Of a DNA stretch of 64,000 bases, positions 50,024 through 61,800 are shown in pieces. Below the pieces are notes generated by a model. It made no database searches. It had not been told where the DNA came from and worked only from the letters and a program-made list of their open reading frames with translations. The position numbers and the translations under genes were made by a program. Within the stretch, counting starts at the first letter, position 1. Each line of letters starts with the position of its first letter. Source of the DNA: Elephas maximus (taxonomy: Eukaryota); assembly GCF_024166365.1 (NCBI RefSeq), contig NC_064841.1, positions 46,503,680 through 46,567,679 of the forward strand. The letters are read 5' to 3'.

Positions 50024-51639
50024 CACTGACCAATCCCTTTGGTGAACCACAATTAGCCTATTGGCACAGTCCTGCCCAATCACTGTGGTGGGAGTTAGAA
50101 AACCATGGAGAGAAAGGCCACACAAAAGCAATGCAATCCATCACACCACACCAGTGTACAGTGAAGTGGGCTTGCCCTGCCTACTTGCTGCCTGGCCCAC
50201 CTGAATAAGGTCGTGAGAACTATCATGACCACAGACGATCAAGCAGCAAAACACACCCGGCCAGCCCATCCTGACGTATCACAACAAAACAAAAAAGCAG
50301 GATAAAACATATGAACACACAATCAATCAATAAATAATACCTTAATGTCTCAAAGACAGCAAACAATATCGAAACATATAAACAAACAGGACAAGATGGC
50401 TCCAGGAAGTGACCAAATTAAAGAATCAGAGAACATTCTGGTAAAAGAAAAGGCAGTGGTACTATCTGATATGCAATTCAAAAGACAAATATTTGGGCCT
50501 CTCCAAGACATTCCAAGACATTAGGTAAGAAATCATGGAAAACACAGACAAAACCAACAATGAAAATATACCCAAAATCAAGGAAATCACAGATAAAGCA
50601 ATAGAAGAATTTAGTAAAATAACACAAGAACAGAAAACCAAAATAAATAAATTAGAAATCACATAAAAACAGAAACTAGAAACCCATAAGAAAAATATCA
50701 AAATTTGAGAAATGTACAACTCAATATAAGATTTTAGGAGCCAATTTGAAACAGTGGAAGACAGAATCAGCAAGTTTTAAAAAATCTATGGACGCCACTT
50801 TGAGGAAAAATCAGAGAAAAGAATGACAGAAACAAAGAATTATGTGGGACACATACAAGAGCAAAAATGTGCACATGATTAGAGTTCCAGAATAGGGGGA
50901 GAAGATGGAAAACACAGAGTAGATTGTTGAAGATTTGCTGGCACAAAACTCACCAAATATCATAAAAGATAAAAAAGTAACCATCCAAGAAGCTCAACAA
51001 ACCCCATATACATAAACCCTAAAAGAATGTCACCAACACATCATAATCACACTTGCCAAAATCAAAGACAAAGAATCCTGAGAGCAGCTCAAGAAAAATG
51101 AAGTCACTTACAAGGGGGTAAAAATAAGACTACTGTCTGATTACTCAGCAGACACTCTGCAGCAGGAAGATAATGGGATGGCATACACAAAACCATGGAA
51201 GAATAAAACTACCAACCAAGAATAATATATCCTGCAAAACTCTCTCTCAAATATGATAGTGAAATTAGGACTTTTCCAGAAAAACAGAAATTAAGGGAAT
51301 TCGCAAAAACCAAACCAAACTTACAAGAAATACTAAAGAGAGTCCCTCGGTTAGAGAACAAACACCATTAGACTACAACCAGAGTCTAGAACACAGGACA
51401 GCATCAGCCAGGTACCAACCTAGGTAAAGAACTCTCAATAATAAAACAAAGCTGGGGGCAGAGCCAAGATGGCGGACTAGGCAGACGCTACCTCGGATCC
51501 CTCTTACAACAAAGACACGGAAAAACAAGTGAATCGATCACATACATAACAATCTACGAACCCTGAACAACAAACACAGATTTAGAGACGGAGAACGAAC
51601 TAATACGGGGAAGCAGCGATTGTTTCCAGAGCCTGGAGC

Positions 51640-52240
51640 CAGCGTACCAGTCAGGTACGGCACAAGCACAGAGAGCTGCTCCACCCCCCTGAACTAACCC
51701 CGGGAGGGGGACCAGCCGGTTCCATGGGCGGCGTGGGACGCAGCCGGTAGGAGAAGTCCCCGGGAGGCAGTGACTGGTTCTGGAGCAGAAAGAGCAGCGT
51801 CCGAACCGGGGAACCATCCTGCAGGGATTTGGACTGGACGCAGGTACGGCATAAACACGGACAGTTGCTCCACCCCCCTGAACTAACCCCGGGAAGGGGA
51901 CCAGCCAGGTCGCGCGGGCGGCGTGGGACTCAGCCGGTAGGAGAAGTCCCCAGGAGGCAGCGACTGGTATTGGAGCGGGGAGAACAGCGTCCCAGCCGGG
52001 ACACTCGGTCACGGCACAAGCACGGGGAGCTGCTCCACCCATCTGAACTAACCCCGGGAAGAGGCCCAACTGGTTCTCGGGGAGGCATGGCCACGCGGCT
52101 GGAGGGACGAGAAGTCCCCGGGAGGCAGTGACTGATTTTGGAGTCGAGAGTGCACCGTCCCAGTAGGGGAGCCTTGACGCTGGGCGTGGGGCTGGAAGCA
52201 GAGGATCTGACCGTGACTCCAGCGGGCCAGACCCCCCGGG
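51640..52240 (+). promoter_or_regulatory. CpG-rich tandem monomers (~3 units of ~170-190 bp) in the L1 E 5' UTR, a putative L1 promoter
   Basis: (G)TACGGCA(C/T)AAGCAC.G..AG.TGCTCCACCC..CTGAACTAACCCCGGGA.G.G.CCA.C.GGT... repeated three times. It is very CpG-dense (ccggg, gcgg, cgcg), unlike the CT-rich monomers of copies A and D. Confidence 0.6.
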
Positions 52241-52491
52241 GGCAATCTCCACACAGCCAGCACACATAGGCGACGCACCCCCGGGAATCTCAGATATAAT
52301 AGTCATTCCAAGCAAGACAAGCAACTCTGGCTATATTCTGAGGTGCTACTCTCCTATCTCTCTGTTCCCTCCCCCACCCTCCCCAGGCGGCTTCATTAAA
52401 ATCTGAATAGCCTGAGCCAGAGGGAGAACTCTGATAGGGATCTGACTGCATTTTTTTTAACGGATTTTCTGGAAAAACTAGTTTCCCAGCG

Positions 52492-53509
52492 ATGGCTCGG
52501 AGACAACAATCCATATCAAACCACTTAAAGAAGCAGACCATGACAGCTTCTCCAACCCCCCAAACAAAAGAATCAAAATCTTTCCCAAATGAAGATACAA
52601 TCTTGGAATTATCAGATACAGAATATAAAAAACTAATTTACAGAATGCTTAATGATATCACAAATGAAATTAGGATAACTGCAGAAAAAGCCAAGGAACA
52701 CACTGTTAAAACTGTTGAAGAATTCAAAAACATTATTCAAGAACATACTGGAAAAATTAATAAGTTGCAAGAATCCATAGAGAGACAACATGTAGAAATC
52801 CAAAAGATTAACAATAAAATTACAGAATTAGACAACGCACTAGGAAGTCAGAGGAGCAGACTCGAGCAATTAGAATGCAGACTGGGACATCTGGAGGACC
52901 AGAGAATCAACACCAACATAGCTGAAAAAAAATCAGATAAAAGAATTAAAAAAAATGAAGAAACCCTAAGAATTATGTGGGACTCTATCAAGAAGGATAA
53001 CCTGCAGGTGATTGGAGTCCCAGAACAGGGAGCGGGGGACAGAAAACACAGAGAAAATAGTTGAAGAACTCCTGACAGAAAACTTCCCTGACATCATGAA
53101 AGACGAAAGGATATCTATCCAAGATGCTCATCGAACCCCATTTAAGATTGATCCAAAAAGAAAAACACCAAGACATATTATCATCAAACTCGCCAAAACC
53201 AAAGATAAACAGAAAATTTTAAAAGCAGCCAGGGAGAAAAGAAAGGTTTCCTTCAAGGAAGAATCAATAAGAATATGTTCTGACTACTCAGCAGAAACCA
53301 TGCAGGCAAGAACGGAATGGGACGACATATACAGAACACTGAAGGAGAAAAACTGCCAGCCAAGGATCATATATCCAGCAAAACTCTCTCTGAAATATGA
53401 AGGAGAAATTAAGATATTTACAGACAAACACAAGTTTAGAGAATTTGCAAAAACCAAACCGAAGCTACAAGAAATACTAAAGGATATTGTTTGGTCAGAA
53501 AACCAATAA
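52492..53509 (+). CDS. L1 E ORF1 (RNA-binding chaperone), complete apart from a single frameshift in a G-run at ~53035-53045
   Basis: ORF 52492-53064 (MARRQQSISNHLKKQT..coiled coil..VIGVPEQG) and ORF 53012-53509 (..TENTEKIVEELLTENFPDIMKDE..YPAKLSLKYEGEIKIFTDKHKFREFAKTKPKLQEILKDIVWSENQ*) overlap in different frames. Confidence 0.8.
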
Positions 53510-53970
53510 TATCAGATATCAGCACAACACAAGGTCACAAAACAGAACGTCCTGATATCAACTCAAATAGGGAAATCACAAAAACAAACAAATTAAGATT
53601 AATTAAAAAAAAAAAAATACACATAACAGGGAATCATGGAAGTCAATAGGTAAAAGATCACAATAATCAAAAAGAGGGACTAAATACAGGAGGCATTGAA
53701 CTGCCATATGGAGAGTGATACAAGGCGATATAGAACAATACAAGTTAGGTTTTTACTTAGAAAAATAGGGGTATATAATGAGGTAACCACAAAAAGGTAT
53801 AACAACTCTATAACTCAAGACAAAAACCAAGAAAAACGTAACGACTCAACTAACATAAAGTCAAACACTATGAAAATGAGGATCTCACAATTTACTAAGA
53901 AAAACGCCTCAGCACAAAAAAGTATGTGGAAAAATGAAATTATCAACAACACACATAAAAAGGCATCAAA

Positions 53971-56900
53971 ATGACAGCACTAAAAACTTACTTATCTATA
54001 ATTACCCTGAATGTAAATGGACTAAATGCACCAATAAAGAGACAGAGAGTCACAGACTGGATAAAGAAACACGATCCATCTATATGCTGCCTACAAGAGA
54101 CACACCTTAGACTTAGAGACTCAAATAAACTAAAACTCAAAGGATGGAAAAAAGTATATCAAGCAAACAATAAGCAAAAAAGAAGAGGAGTAGCAATATT
54201 AATTTCTGACAAAATAGACTTTAGACTTAAATCCACCACAAAGGATAAAGAAGGACACTATATAATGATAAAAGGGACAATTGATCAGGAAGACATAACC
54301 ATATTAAATATTTACGCACCCAATGACAGGGCTGCAAGATACATAAATCAAATTTTAACAGAACTGAAAAGCGAGATAGATACCTCCACAATTATAGTAG
54401 GAGACTTCAACACACCACTTTCGGAGAAGGACAGGACATCCAGCAAGAAGCTCAACAGAGACACGGAAGATCTAATTACAACAATCAACCAACTTGACCT
54501 CATTGACTTATACAGAACTCTCCACCCAACTGCTGCAAAATATACTTTTTTTTCCAGCGCACATGGAACATTCTCTAGAATAGACCACATATTAGGACAT
54601 AAAACAAACCTTTGCAGAGTCCAAAACATCGAAATATTACAAAGCATCTTCTCAGATCACAAGGCAATAAAACTAGAGATCAATAACAGAAAAACGAGGG
54701 AAAAGAAATCAAATACTTGGAAAATGAACAATACCCTCCTGAAAAAAGACTGGGTTATAGAAGACATCAAGGAGGGAATAAGGAAATTCATAGAAAGCAA
54801 CGAGAATGAAAATACTTCCTATCAAAACCTCTGGGACACAGCAAAAGCAGTGCTCAGAGGCCAATTTATATCAATAAATGCACACATACAAAAAGAAGAA
54901 AGAGCCAAAATCAGAGAACTGTCCCTACAACTTGAACAAATAGAAAGTGAGCAACAAAAGAATCCATCAGTCACCAGAAGAAAACAAATAATAAAAATTA
55001 GAGCTGAACTAAATGAATTAGAGAACAGAAAAACAATTGAAAGAATTAACAAAGCCAAAAGCTGGTTCTTTGAAAAAATTAACAAAATTGATAAACCATT
55101 GGCTAGACTGACTAAAGAAATACAGGAAAGGAAACAAATAACCCGAATAAGAAATGAGAAGGACCACATCACAACAGAACCAAATGAAATTAAAAGAATC
55201 ATTTCAGATTATTATGAAAAATTGTACTCTAACAAATTTGAAAACCTAGAAGAAATGGATGAATTCCTGGAAAAACACTACCTACCTAAACTAACACATT
55301 CAGAAGTAGAACAACTAAATAGACCCATAACAAAAAAAGAGATTGAAACGGTAATCAAAAAACTCCCAACAAAAAAAAGTCCTGGCCCGGACGGCTTCAC
55401 TGCAGAGTTCTACCAAATTTTCAGAGAAGAGTTAACACCACTACTACTAAAGGTATTCCAAAGCATAGAAAATGACGGAATACTACCCAACTCATTCTAT
55501 GAAGCCACCATCTCCCTGATACCAAAACCAGGTAAAGACATTACAAAAAAAGAAAATTATAGACCTATATCCCTCATGAACATTGATGCAAAAATCCTCA
55601 ACAAAATTCTAGCCAATAGAATCCAACAACACATCAAAAAAATAATTCACCCTGATCAAGTGGGATTTATACCAGGTATGCAAGGCTGGTTTAATATCAG
55701 AAAAACCATTAATGTAATCCATCACATAAATAAAACAAAAGACAAAAACCACATGATCTTATCAATTGATGCAGAAAAGGCATTTGACAAAGTCCAACAC
55801 CCATTCATGATAAAAACTCTTACCAAAATAGGAATTGAAGGAAAATTCCTCAACATAATAAAGGGCATCTATGCAAAGCCAACAGCCAATGTCACTCTAA
55901 ATGGAGAGAACCTGAAAGCATTTCCCTTGAGAACGGGAACCAGACAAGGATGCCCTTTATCACCGCTCTTATTCAACATCGTGTTGGAAGTCTTAGCCAG
56001 GGCAATCAGGCTAGACAAAGAAATAAAAGGTATCCGGATTGGCAAGGAAGAAGTAAAGTTATCACTATTTGCAGATGACATGATTATATACACAGAAAAC
56101 CCTAAGGAATCCTCCAGAAAACTACTGAAACTAATAGAAGAGTTTGGCAGAGTCTCAGGTTATAAAATAAACATACAAAAATCACTTGGATTCCTCTACA
56201 TCAACAAAAAGAACACCGAAGAGGAAATAACCAAATCAATACCATTCACAATAGCCCCCAAGAAGATAAGATACTTAGGAATAAATCTTACCAAGGATGT
56301 AAAAGACCTATACAAAGAAAACTACAAAGCTCTACTACAAGAAATTCAAAAGGACATACTTAAGTGGAAAAACATACCTTGCTCATGGATAGGAAGACTT
56401 AACATAGTAAAAATGTCTATTCTACCAAAAGCCATCTATACATTTAACGCACTTCCGATCCAAATTCCAATGTCATATTTTAAGGGGATAGAGAAACAAA
56501 TCACCAATTTCATATGGAACGGAAAGAAGCCCCGGATAAGCAAAGCACTACTGAAAAAGAAGAAGAAAGTGGGAGGCCTCACCTTACCTGACTTCAGAAA
56601 CTATTATACAGCCACAGTAGTCAAAACAGCCTGGTATTGGTACAACAACAGACACATAGACCAATGGAACAGAATTGAGAACCCAGACATAGATCCATCC
56701 ACGTATGAGCAGCTGATATTTGACAAAGGACCAGTGTCAATTAACTGGGGAAAAGATAGCCTTTTTAACAAATGGTGCTGGCATAACTGGATATCCATTT
56801 GCAAAAAAATGAAACAGGACCCATACCTCACACCATGCACAAAAACTAACTCCAAGTGGATCAAAGACCTAAACATAAAGACTAAAACGATAAAGATCAT

Positions 56901-57786
56901 GGAAGAAAAAATTGGGACAACCCTAGGAGCCCTAATACAAGGTATAAACAGAATACAAAACATTACCAAAAATGATGAAGAGAAACCCGATAACTGGGAG
57001 CTCCTAAAAATCAAACACCTATGCTCATCTAAAGACTTCACCAAAAGAGTAAAAAGACCACCTACAGATTGGGAAAGAATTTTCAGCTATGACATCTCCG
57101 ACCAGCGCCTGATCTCTAAAATCTACATGATTCTGTCAAAACTCAACCACAAAAAGACAAACAACCCAATCAAGAAGTGGGCAAAGGATATGAACACACA
57201 TTTCACTAAAGAAGATATTCAGGCAGCCAACAGATACATGAGAAAATGCTCTCGATCATTAGCCATTAGAGAAATGCAAATTAAAACTACGATGAGATTC
57301 CATCTCACACCAGCAAGGCTGGCATTAATCCAAAAAACACAAAATAATAAATGTTGGAGAGGCTGCGGAGAGATTGGAACTCTCATACACTGCTGGTGGG
57401 AATGTAAAATGGTACAACCACTTTGGAAATCTATCTGGCGTTATCTTAAACAGTTAGAAATAGAACTACCATACAACCCAGAAATCCCACTCCTAGGAAT
57501 ATACCCTAGAGATACAAGAGCCTTCATACAAACAGATATATGCACACCCATGTTTATTGCAGCTCTGTTTACAATAGCAAAAAGTTGGAAGCAACCAAGG
57601 TGTCCATCAACGGATGAATGGGTAAATAAATTGTGGTATATTCACACAATGGAATACTACGCATCGATAAAGAACAGTGACGAATCTGTGAAACATTTCA
57701 TAACATGGAGGAACCTGGAAGGCATTATGCTGAGCGAAATTAGTCAGAGGCAAAAGGACAAATATTGTATAAGACCACTATTATAA
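53971..57786 (+). CDS. L1 E ORF2: intact endonuclease / reverse transcriptase / Cys-rich protein (1271 aa)
   Basis: A single uninterrupted ORF. EN N-terminus [35 protein letters not shown] motifs ..[16 protein letters not shown].., LFADDMIIY, and a C-terminal [20 protein letters not shown]ys-rich domain. Confidence 0.9.
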   Translation: MTALKTYLSIITLNVNGLNAPIKRQRVTDWIKKHDPSICCLQETHLRLRDSNKLKLKGWKKVYQANNKQKRRGVAILISDKIDFRLKSTTKDKEGHYIMIKGTIDQEDITILNIYAPNDRAARYINQILTELKSEIDTSTIIVGDFNTPLSEKDRTSSKKLNRDTEDLITTINQLDLIDLYRTLHPTAAKYTFFSSAHGTFSRIDHILGHKTNLCRVQNIEILQSIFSDHKAIKLEINNRKTREKKSNTWKMNNTLLKKDWVIEDIKEGIRKFIESNENENTSYQNLWDTAKAVLRGQFISINAHIQKEERAKIRELSLQLEQIESEQQKNPSVTRRKQIIKIRAELNELENRKTIERINKAKSWFFEKINKIDKPLARLTKEIQERKQITRIRNEKDHITTEPNEIKRIISDYYEKLYSNKFENLEEMDEFLEKHYLPKLTHSEVEQLNRPITKKEIETVIKKLPTKKSPGPDGFTAEFYQIFREELTPLLLKVFQSIENDGILPNSFYEATISLIPKPGKDITKKENYRPISLMNIDAKILNKILANRIQQHIKKIIHPDQVGFIPGMQGWFNIRKTINVIHHINKTKDKNHMILSIDAEKAFDKVQHPFMIKTLTKIGIEGKFLNIIKGIYAKPTANVTLNGENLKAFPLRTGTRQGCPLSPLLFNIVLEVLARAIRLDKEIKGIRIGKEEVKLSLFADDMIIYTENPKESSRKLLKLIEEFGRVSGYKINIQKSLGFLYINKKNTEEEITKSIPFTIAPKKIRYLGINLTKDVKDLYKENYKALLQEIQKDILKWKNIPCSWIGRLNIVKMSILPKAIYTFNALPIQIPMSYFKGIEKQITNFIWNGKKPRISKALLKKKKKVGGLTLPDFRNYYTATVVKTAWYWYNNRHIDQWNRIENPDIDPSTYEQLIFDKGPVSINWGKDSLFNKWCWHNWISICKKMKQDPYLTPCTKTNSKWIKDLNIKTKTIKIMEEKIGTTLGALIQGINRIQNITKNDEEKPDNWELLKIKHLCSSKDFTKRVKRPPTDWERIFSYDISDQRLISKIYMILSKLNHKKTNNPIKKWAKDMNTHFTKEDIQAANRYMRKCSRSLAIREMQIKTTMRFHLTPARLALIQKTQNNKCWRGCGEIGTLIHCWWECKMVQPLWKSIWRYLKQLEIELPYNPEIPLLGIYPRDTRAFIQTDICTPMFIAALFTIAKSWKQPRCPSTDEWVNKLWYIHTMEYYASIKNSDESVKHFITWRNLEGIMLSEISQRQKDKYCIRPLL

Positions 57787-58780
57787 GATCTTGAGAAATA
57801 GTAAACCTGAGAAGAACACATACTTTTGTGGTTACGAGGGGGGGAGGGAGGGAGGGTGGGAGAGGGTTTTTTATTGATTAATCAGTAGATAAGAACTGCT
57901 TTAGGTGAAGGGAAAGACAACACTCAATACATGGAAGGTCAGCTCAATTGGACTGGACCAAAAGCAAAGAAGTTTCCGGGATAAAATGAATGCTTCAAAG
58001 GTCAGCGGAGCAAGCGCGGGGGTCTGGGGAACATGGTTTGCGGGGACTTCTAAGTCAATTGGCAAAATAATTCTATTATGAAATCATTCTGCATCCCACT
58101 TCGAAATGTGGCGTCTGGGGTCTTAAATGCTAACAAGCAGCCATCTAAGATGCAGCAATTGGTCTCAACCCACCTGGAGCAAAGGAAAATGAAGAACACC
58201 AAGCCCACATGACAACTAAGAGCCCAAGAGACAGAAAGGGCCACATGAACCAGAGACCTACATCTTCCTGAGACCAGAAGAACTAGTTGGTGCCCGGCCA
58301 CAATCGATGACTGCCCTGACAGGGAGCTCAGCAGAGGACCCCTGAGGGAGCAGGAGATCAGTGGGATGCAGACCCCAAATTCTCATAACAAGACCAAACT
58401 TAATGGTCTGACTGAGACTGGAGGAATCCCGGCGGCCATGCTCCCCAGACCTTCAGCTGACACAGGACAGGAACCATCCCCGAAGACAACTCTTCAGAAA
58501 TGAAAGGGACTGGTCAGCGGGTGGGAGAGAGATGCTGATGAAGAGTGAGCTAATTATATCAGGTGGACACTTGAGATTGTGTTGGCAACTCTTGCCTGGA
58601 GGGGGGATGGGAGGATAGAGAGAGAGGGAAGCCGGCAAAATTGTCAAGAAAGGAGAGACTGAAAGGGCTGACTCAAGACGGGGAGAGTAAGTGGGAGTAG
58701 GGAGTGAGATGTATGTAAACTTATATGTGACAGACTGATTGGATTTGTAAACGTTCACTTGAAGCTTAATAAAAGTTATT

Positions 58781-58801
58781 ATAAAAAAAAAAAAAAAAAA
58801 A
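58781..58801 (+). repeat. Poly(A) tail of L1 E (21 nt), the junction with L1 F
   Basis: TTATAAAAAAAAAAAAAAAAAAAAAGCAGCC. F begins immediately, inside ORF1. Confidence 0.9.
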
Positions 58802-61800
58802 AAGCAGCCAGGGAGAAAAGAAAGGTTTCCTTCAAGGAAGAATCAATAAGAATATGTTCTGACTACTCAGCAGAAACCATGCAGGCAAGAACGGAATGGG
58901 ACGACATATACAGAACACTGAAGGAGAAAAACTGCCAGCCAAGGATCATATATCCAGCAAAACTCTCTCTGAAATATGAAGGAGAAATTAAGATATTTAC
59001 AGACAAACACAAGTTTAGAGAATTTGCAAAAACCAAACCGAAGCTACAAGAAATACTAAAGGATATTGTTTGGTCAGAAAACCAATAATATCAGATACCA
59101 ACACAACACAAGGTCACAAAACAGAACGTCCTGATAGCAACTCAAATAGGGAAATCACAAAAACAAACAAATTAAGATTAATTAAAAAAAAATACACATA
59201 ACAGGGAATCATGGAAGTCAATAGGTAAACGATCACAATAATCAAAAAGAGGGACTAAATACAGGAGGCATTGAACTGCCAGATGGAGAGTGATACAAGG
59301 CGATATAGAACAATACAAGTTAGGTTTTCACTTAGAAAAATAGGGGTAAATAATGAGGTAACCACAAAAAGGTATAACAACTCTATAACTCAAGATAAAA
59401 ACCAAGAAAAACGTAACGACTCAACTAACACAAAGTCAAGCACTATGAAAATGAGGATCTCACAATTTACTAAGAAAAACGCCTCAGCACAAAAAAGTAC
59501 GTGGAAAAATGAAATTGTCAACAACACACATAAAAAGGTATCAAAATGACAGCACTAAAAACTTATTTATCTATAATTACCCTGAATGTAAATAGACTAA
59601 ATGCACCAATAAAGAGACAGAGAGTCACAGACTGGATAAAGAAACACGATCCATCTATATGCTGCCTACAAGAGACACACCTTAGACTTAGAGACACAAA
59701 CAAACTAAAACTCAAAGGATGGAAAAAAGTATATCAAGCAAACAATAAGCAAAAAAGAAGAGGAGTAGCAATATTAATTTCTGACAAAATAGACTTTAGA
59801 CTTAAATCCACCACAAAGGATAAAGAAGGACACTATACAATGATAAAAGGGACAACTGATCAGGAAGACATAACCATATTAAATATTTATGCACCCAATG
59901 ACAGGGCTGCAAGATACATAAATCAAATTTTAACAGAATTGAAAAGCGAGATAGATAACTCCACAATTATAGTAGGAGACTTCAACACACCACTTTCGGA
60001 GAAGGACAGGACATCCAGTAAGAAGCTCAACAGAGACACGGAAGATCTAATTACAACAATCAACCAACTTGACCTCATTGACTTATACAGAACTCTCCAC
60101 CCAACTGCTGCAAAATATACTTTTTTTTCTAGCGCACATGGAACATTCTCTAGAATAGACCACATATTAGGTCATAAAACAAACCTTTGCAGAGTCCAAA
60201 ACATTGAAATATTACAAAGCATCTTCTCAGACCACAAGGCAATAAAACTAGAGATCAGTAACAGAAAAACTAGGGAAAAGAAATCAAATACTTGGAAAAT
60301 GAACAATACCCTCCTGAAATACACTGGGTTATAGAAGACATCAAGGAGGGAATAAGGAAATTCAAAGAAAGCAACGAGAATGAAAATACTTCCTATCAAA
60401 ACCTCTGGGACACAACAAACGCAGTGCTCAAAGGCCAATTTAAATCAATAAATGCACACATACAAAAAGAAGAAAGAGCCAAAATCAGAGAACTGTCCCT
60501 ACTACTTGAACAAATAGAAAGTGAGCAACAAAATAATCCATCAGGCACCAGAAGAAAACAAATCATAAAAATTAGAGCTGAACTAAATGAATTAGAGAAC
60601 AGAAAAACAATTGAAAGAATTAACAAAGCCAAAAGCTGGTTCTTTGAAAAAATTAACAAAATTGATAAACCATTGGCTAGACTGACTAAAGAAATACAGG
60701 AAAGGAAACAAATAACCCGAATAAGAAATGAGAAGGACCACATCACAACAGAACCAAATGAAATTAAAAGAATCATTTCAGATTATTATGAAAAATTGTA
60801 CTCTAACAAATTTGCAAAACTAGAAGAAATGGATGAATTCCTGGAAAAACACTACCTACCTAAACTAACACATTCAGAAGTAGAACAACTAAATAGACCC
60901 ATAACAAAAAAAGAGATTGAAACGGTAATCAAAAAACTCCCAACAAAAAAAAGCCCTGGCCCGGACGGCTTCACTGCAGAGTTCTACCAAACTTTCAGAG
61001 AAGAGTTAACACCACTACTACTAACGGTATTCCAAAGCATAGAAAATGATGGAATACTACCCAACTCATTCTATGAAGCCACCATCTCCCTGATACCAAA
61101 ACCAGGTAAAGACATTACAAAAAAAGAAAATTATAGACCTATATCCCTCATGAACATTGATGCAAAAATCCTCAACAAAATTCTAGCCAATAGAATCCAA
61201 CAACACATGAAAAAAATAATTCATTCTGATCAAGTGGGATTTACACCAGGTATGCAAGGCTGGTTTAATATCAGAAAAACCATTAATGTAATCCATCACA
61301 TAAATAAAACAAAAGACAAAAACCACATGATCTTATCAATTGATGCAGAAAAGGCATTTGACAAAGTCCAACACCCATTCATGATAAAAACTCTTACCAA
61401 AATAGGAATTGAAGGAAAATTCCTCAACATAATAAAGGGCATCTATGCAAAGCCAACAGCCAATATCACTGTAAATGGAGAGAACCTGAAAGCATTTCCC
61501 TTGAGAACGGGAACCAGACAAGGATGCCCTTTATCACCGCTCTTATTCAACATCGTGTTGGAAGTCTTAGCCAGGGCAATTAGGCTAGACAAAGAAATAA
61601 AAGGTATCCGGATTGGCAAGGAAGAAGTAAAGTTATCACTATTTCCAGATGACATGATTATATACACAGAAAACCCTAAGGAATCCTCCAGAAAACTACT
61701 GAAACTAATAGAAGAGTTTGGCAGAGTCTCAGGTTATAAAATAAACATACAAAAATCACTGGGATTCCTCTACATCAACGAAAAGAACACCGAAGAGGAA

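Larger units (their letters stand above)
47660..51454 (+). mobile_element. L1 copy D (old): CT-rich monomer array, leader carrying a ~1.4-kb insertion (48800-50210), degenerate ORF1 through its C-terminus, ending in the inter-ORF region where L1 E begins
   Basis: Monomers and leader are homologous to copy A (8485-10300). ORF1-like ..AQQTPY..IITLAKIKDKES.EQLKKNEVTYKG..IRLLSDYSADTLQQ..ILQNSLSNM..FAKTKPNLQEILK lies at 50300-51380. Confidence 0.75.
51455..58801 (+). mobile_element. L1 copy E: young, full-length L1 (7.35 kb) with a 1.04-kb 5' UTR, ORF1, intact ORF2, ~1-kb 3' UTR and a 21-nt poly(A)
   Basis: The 5' terminus is GGGGGCAGAGCCAAGATGGCGGACTAGGCAGACGC. ORF1 lies at 52492-53509 with one +/-1 frameshift near 53040. 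ORF2 at 53971-57786 is uninterrupted (1271 aa, with EN, RT FADD and C-terminal Cys-rich domain). AATAAAAG lies upstream of the poly(A) at 58781-58801. Confidence 0.9.

Noticed and set aside
51554-52324. 256-aa minus-strand ORF, plus overlapping 100-111-aa ORFs, across the CpG-rich monomers of the L1 E 5' UTR
   Set aside because: The sequence is GC-rich tandem repeat. Stop codons are AT-rich, so long open frames arise on several frames and both strands by composition alone. The translations are low-complexity (P/G/R/A-rich) and repeat with the monomer period. No Kozak or start context argues for an ORF0-like gene.
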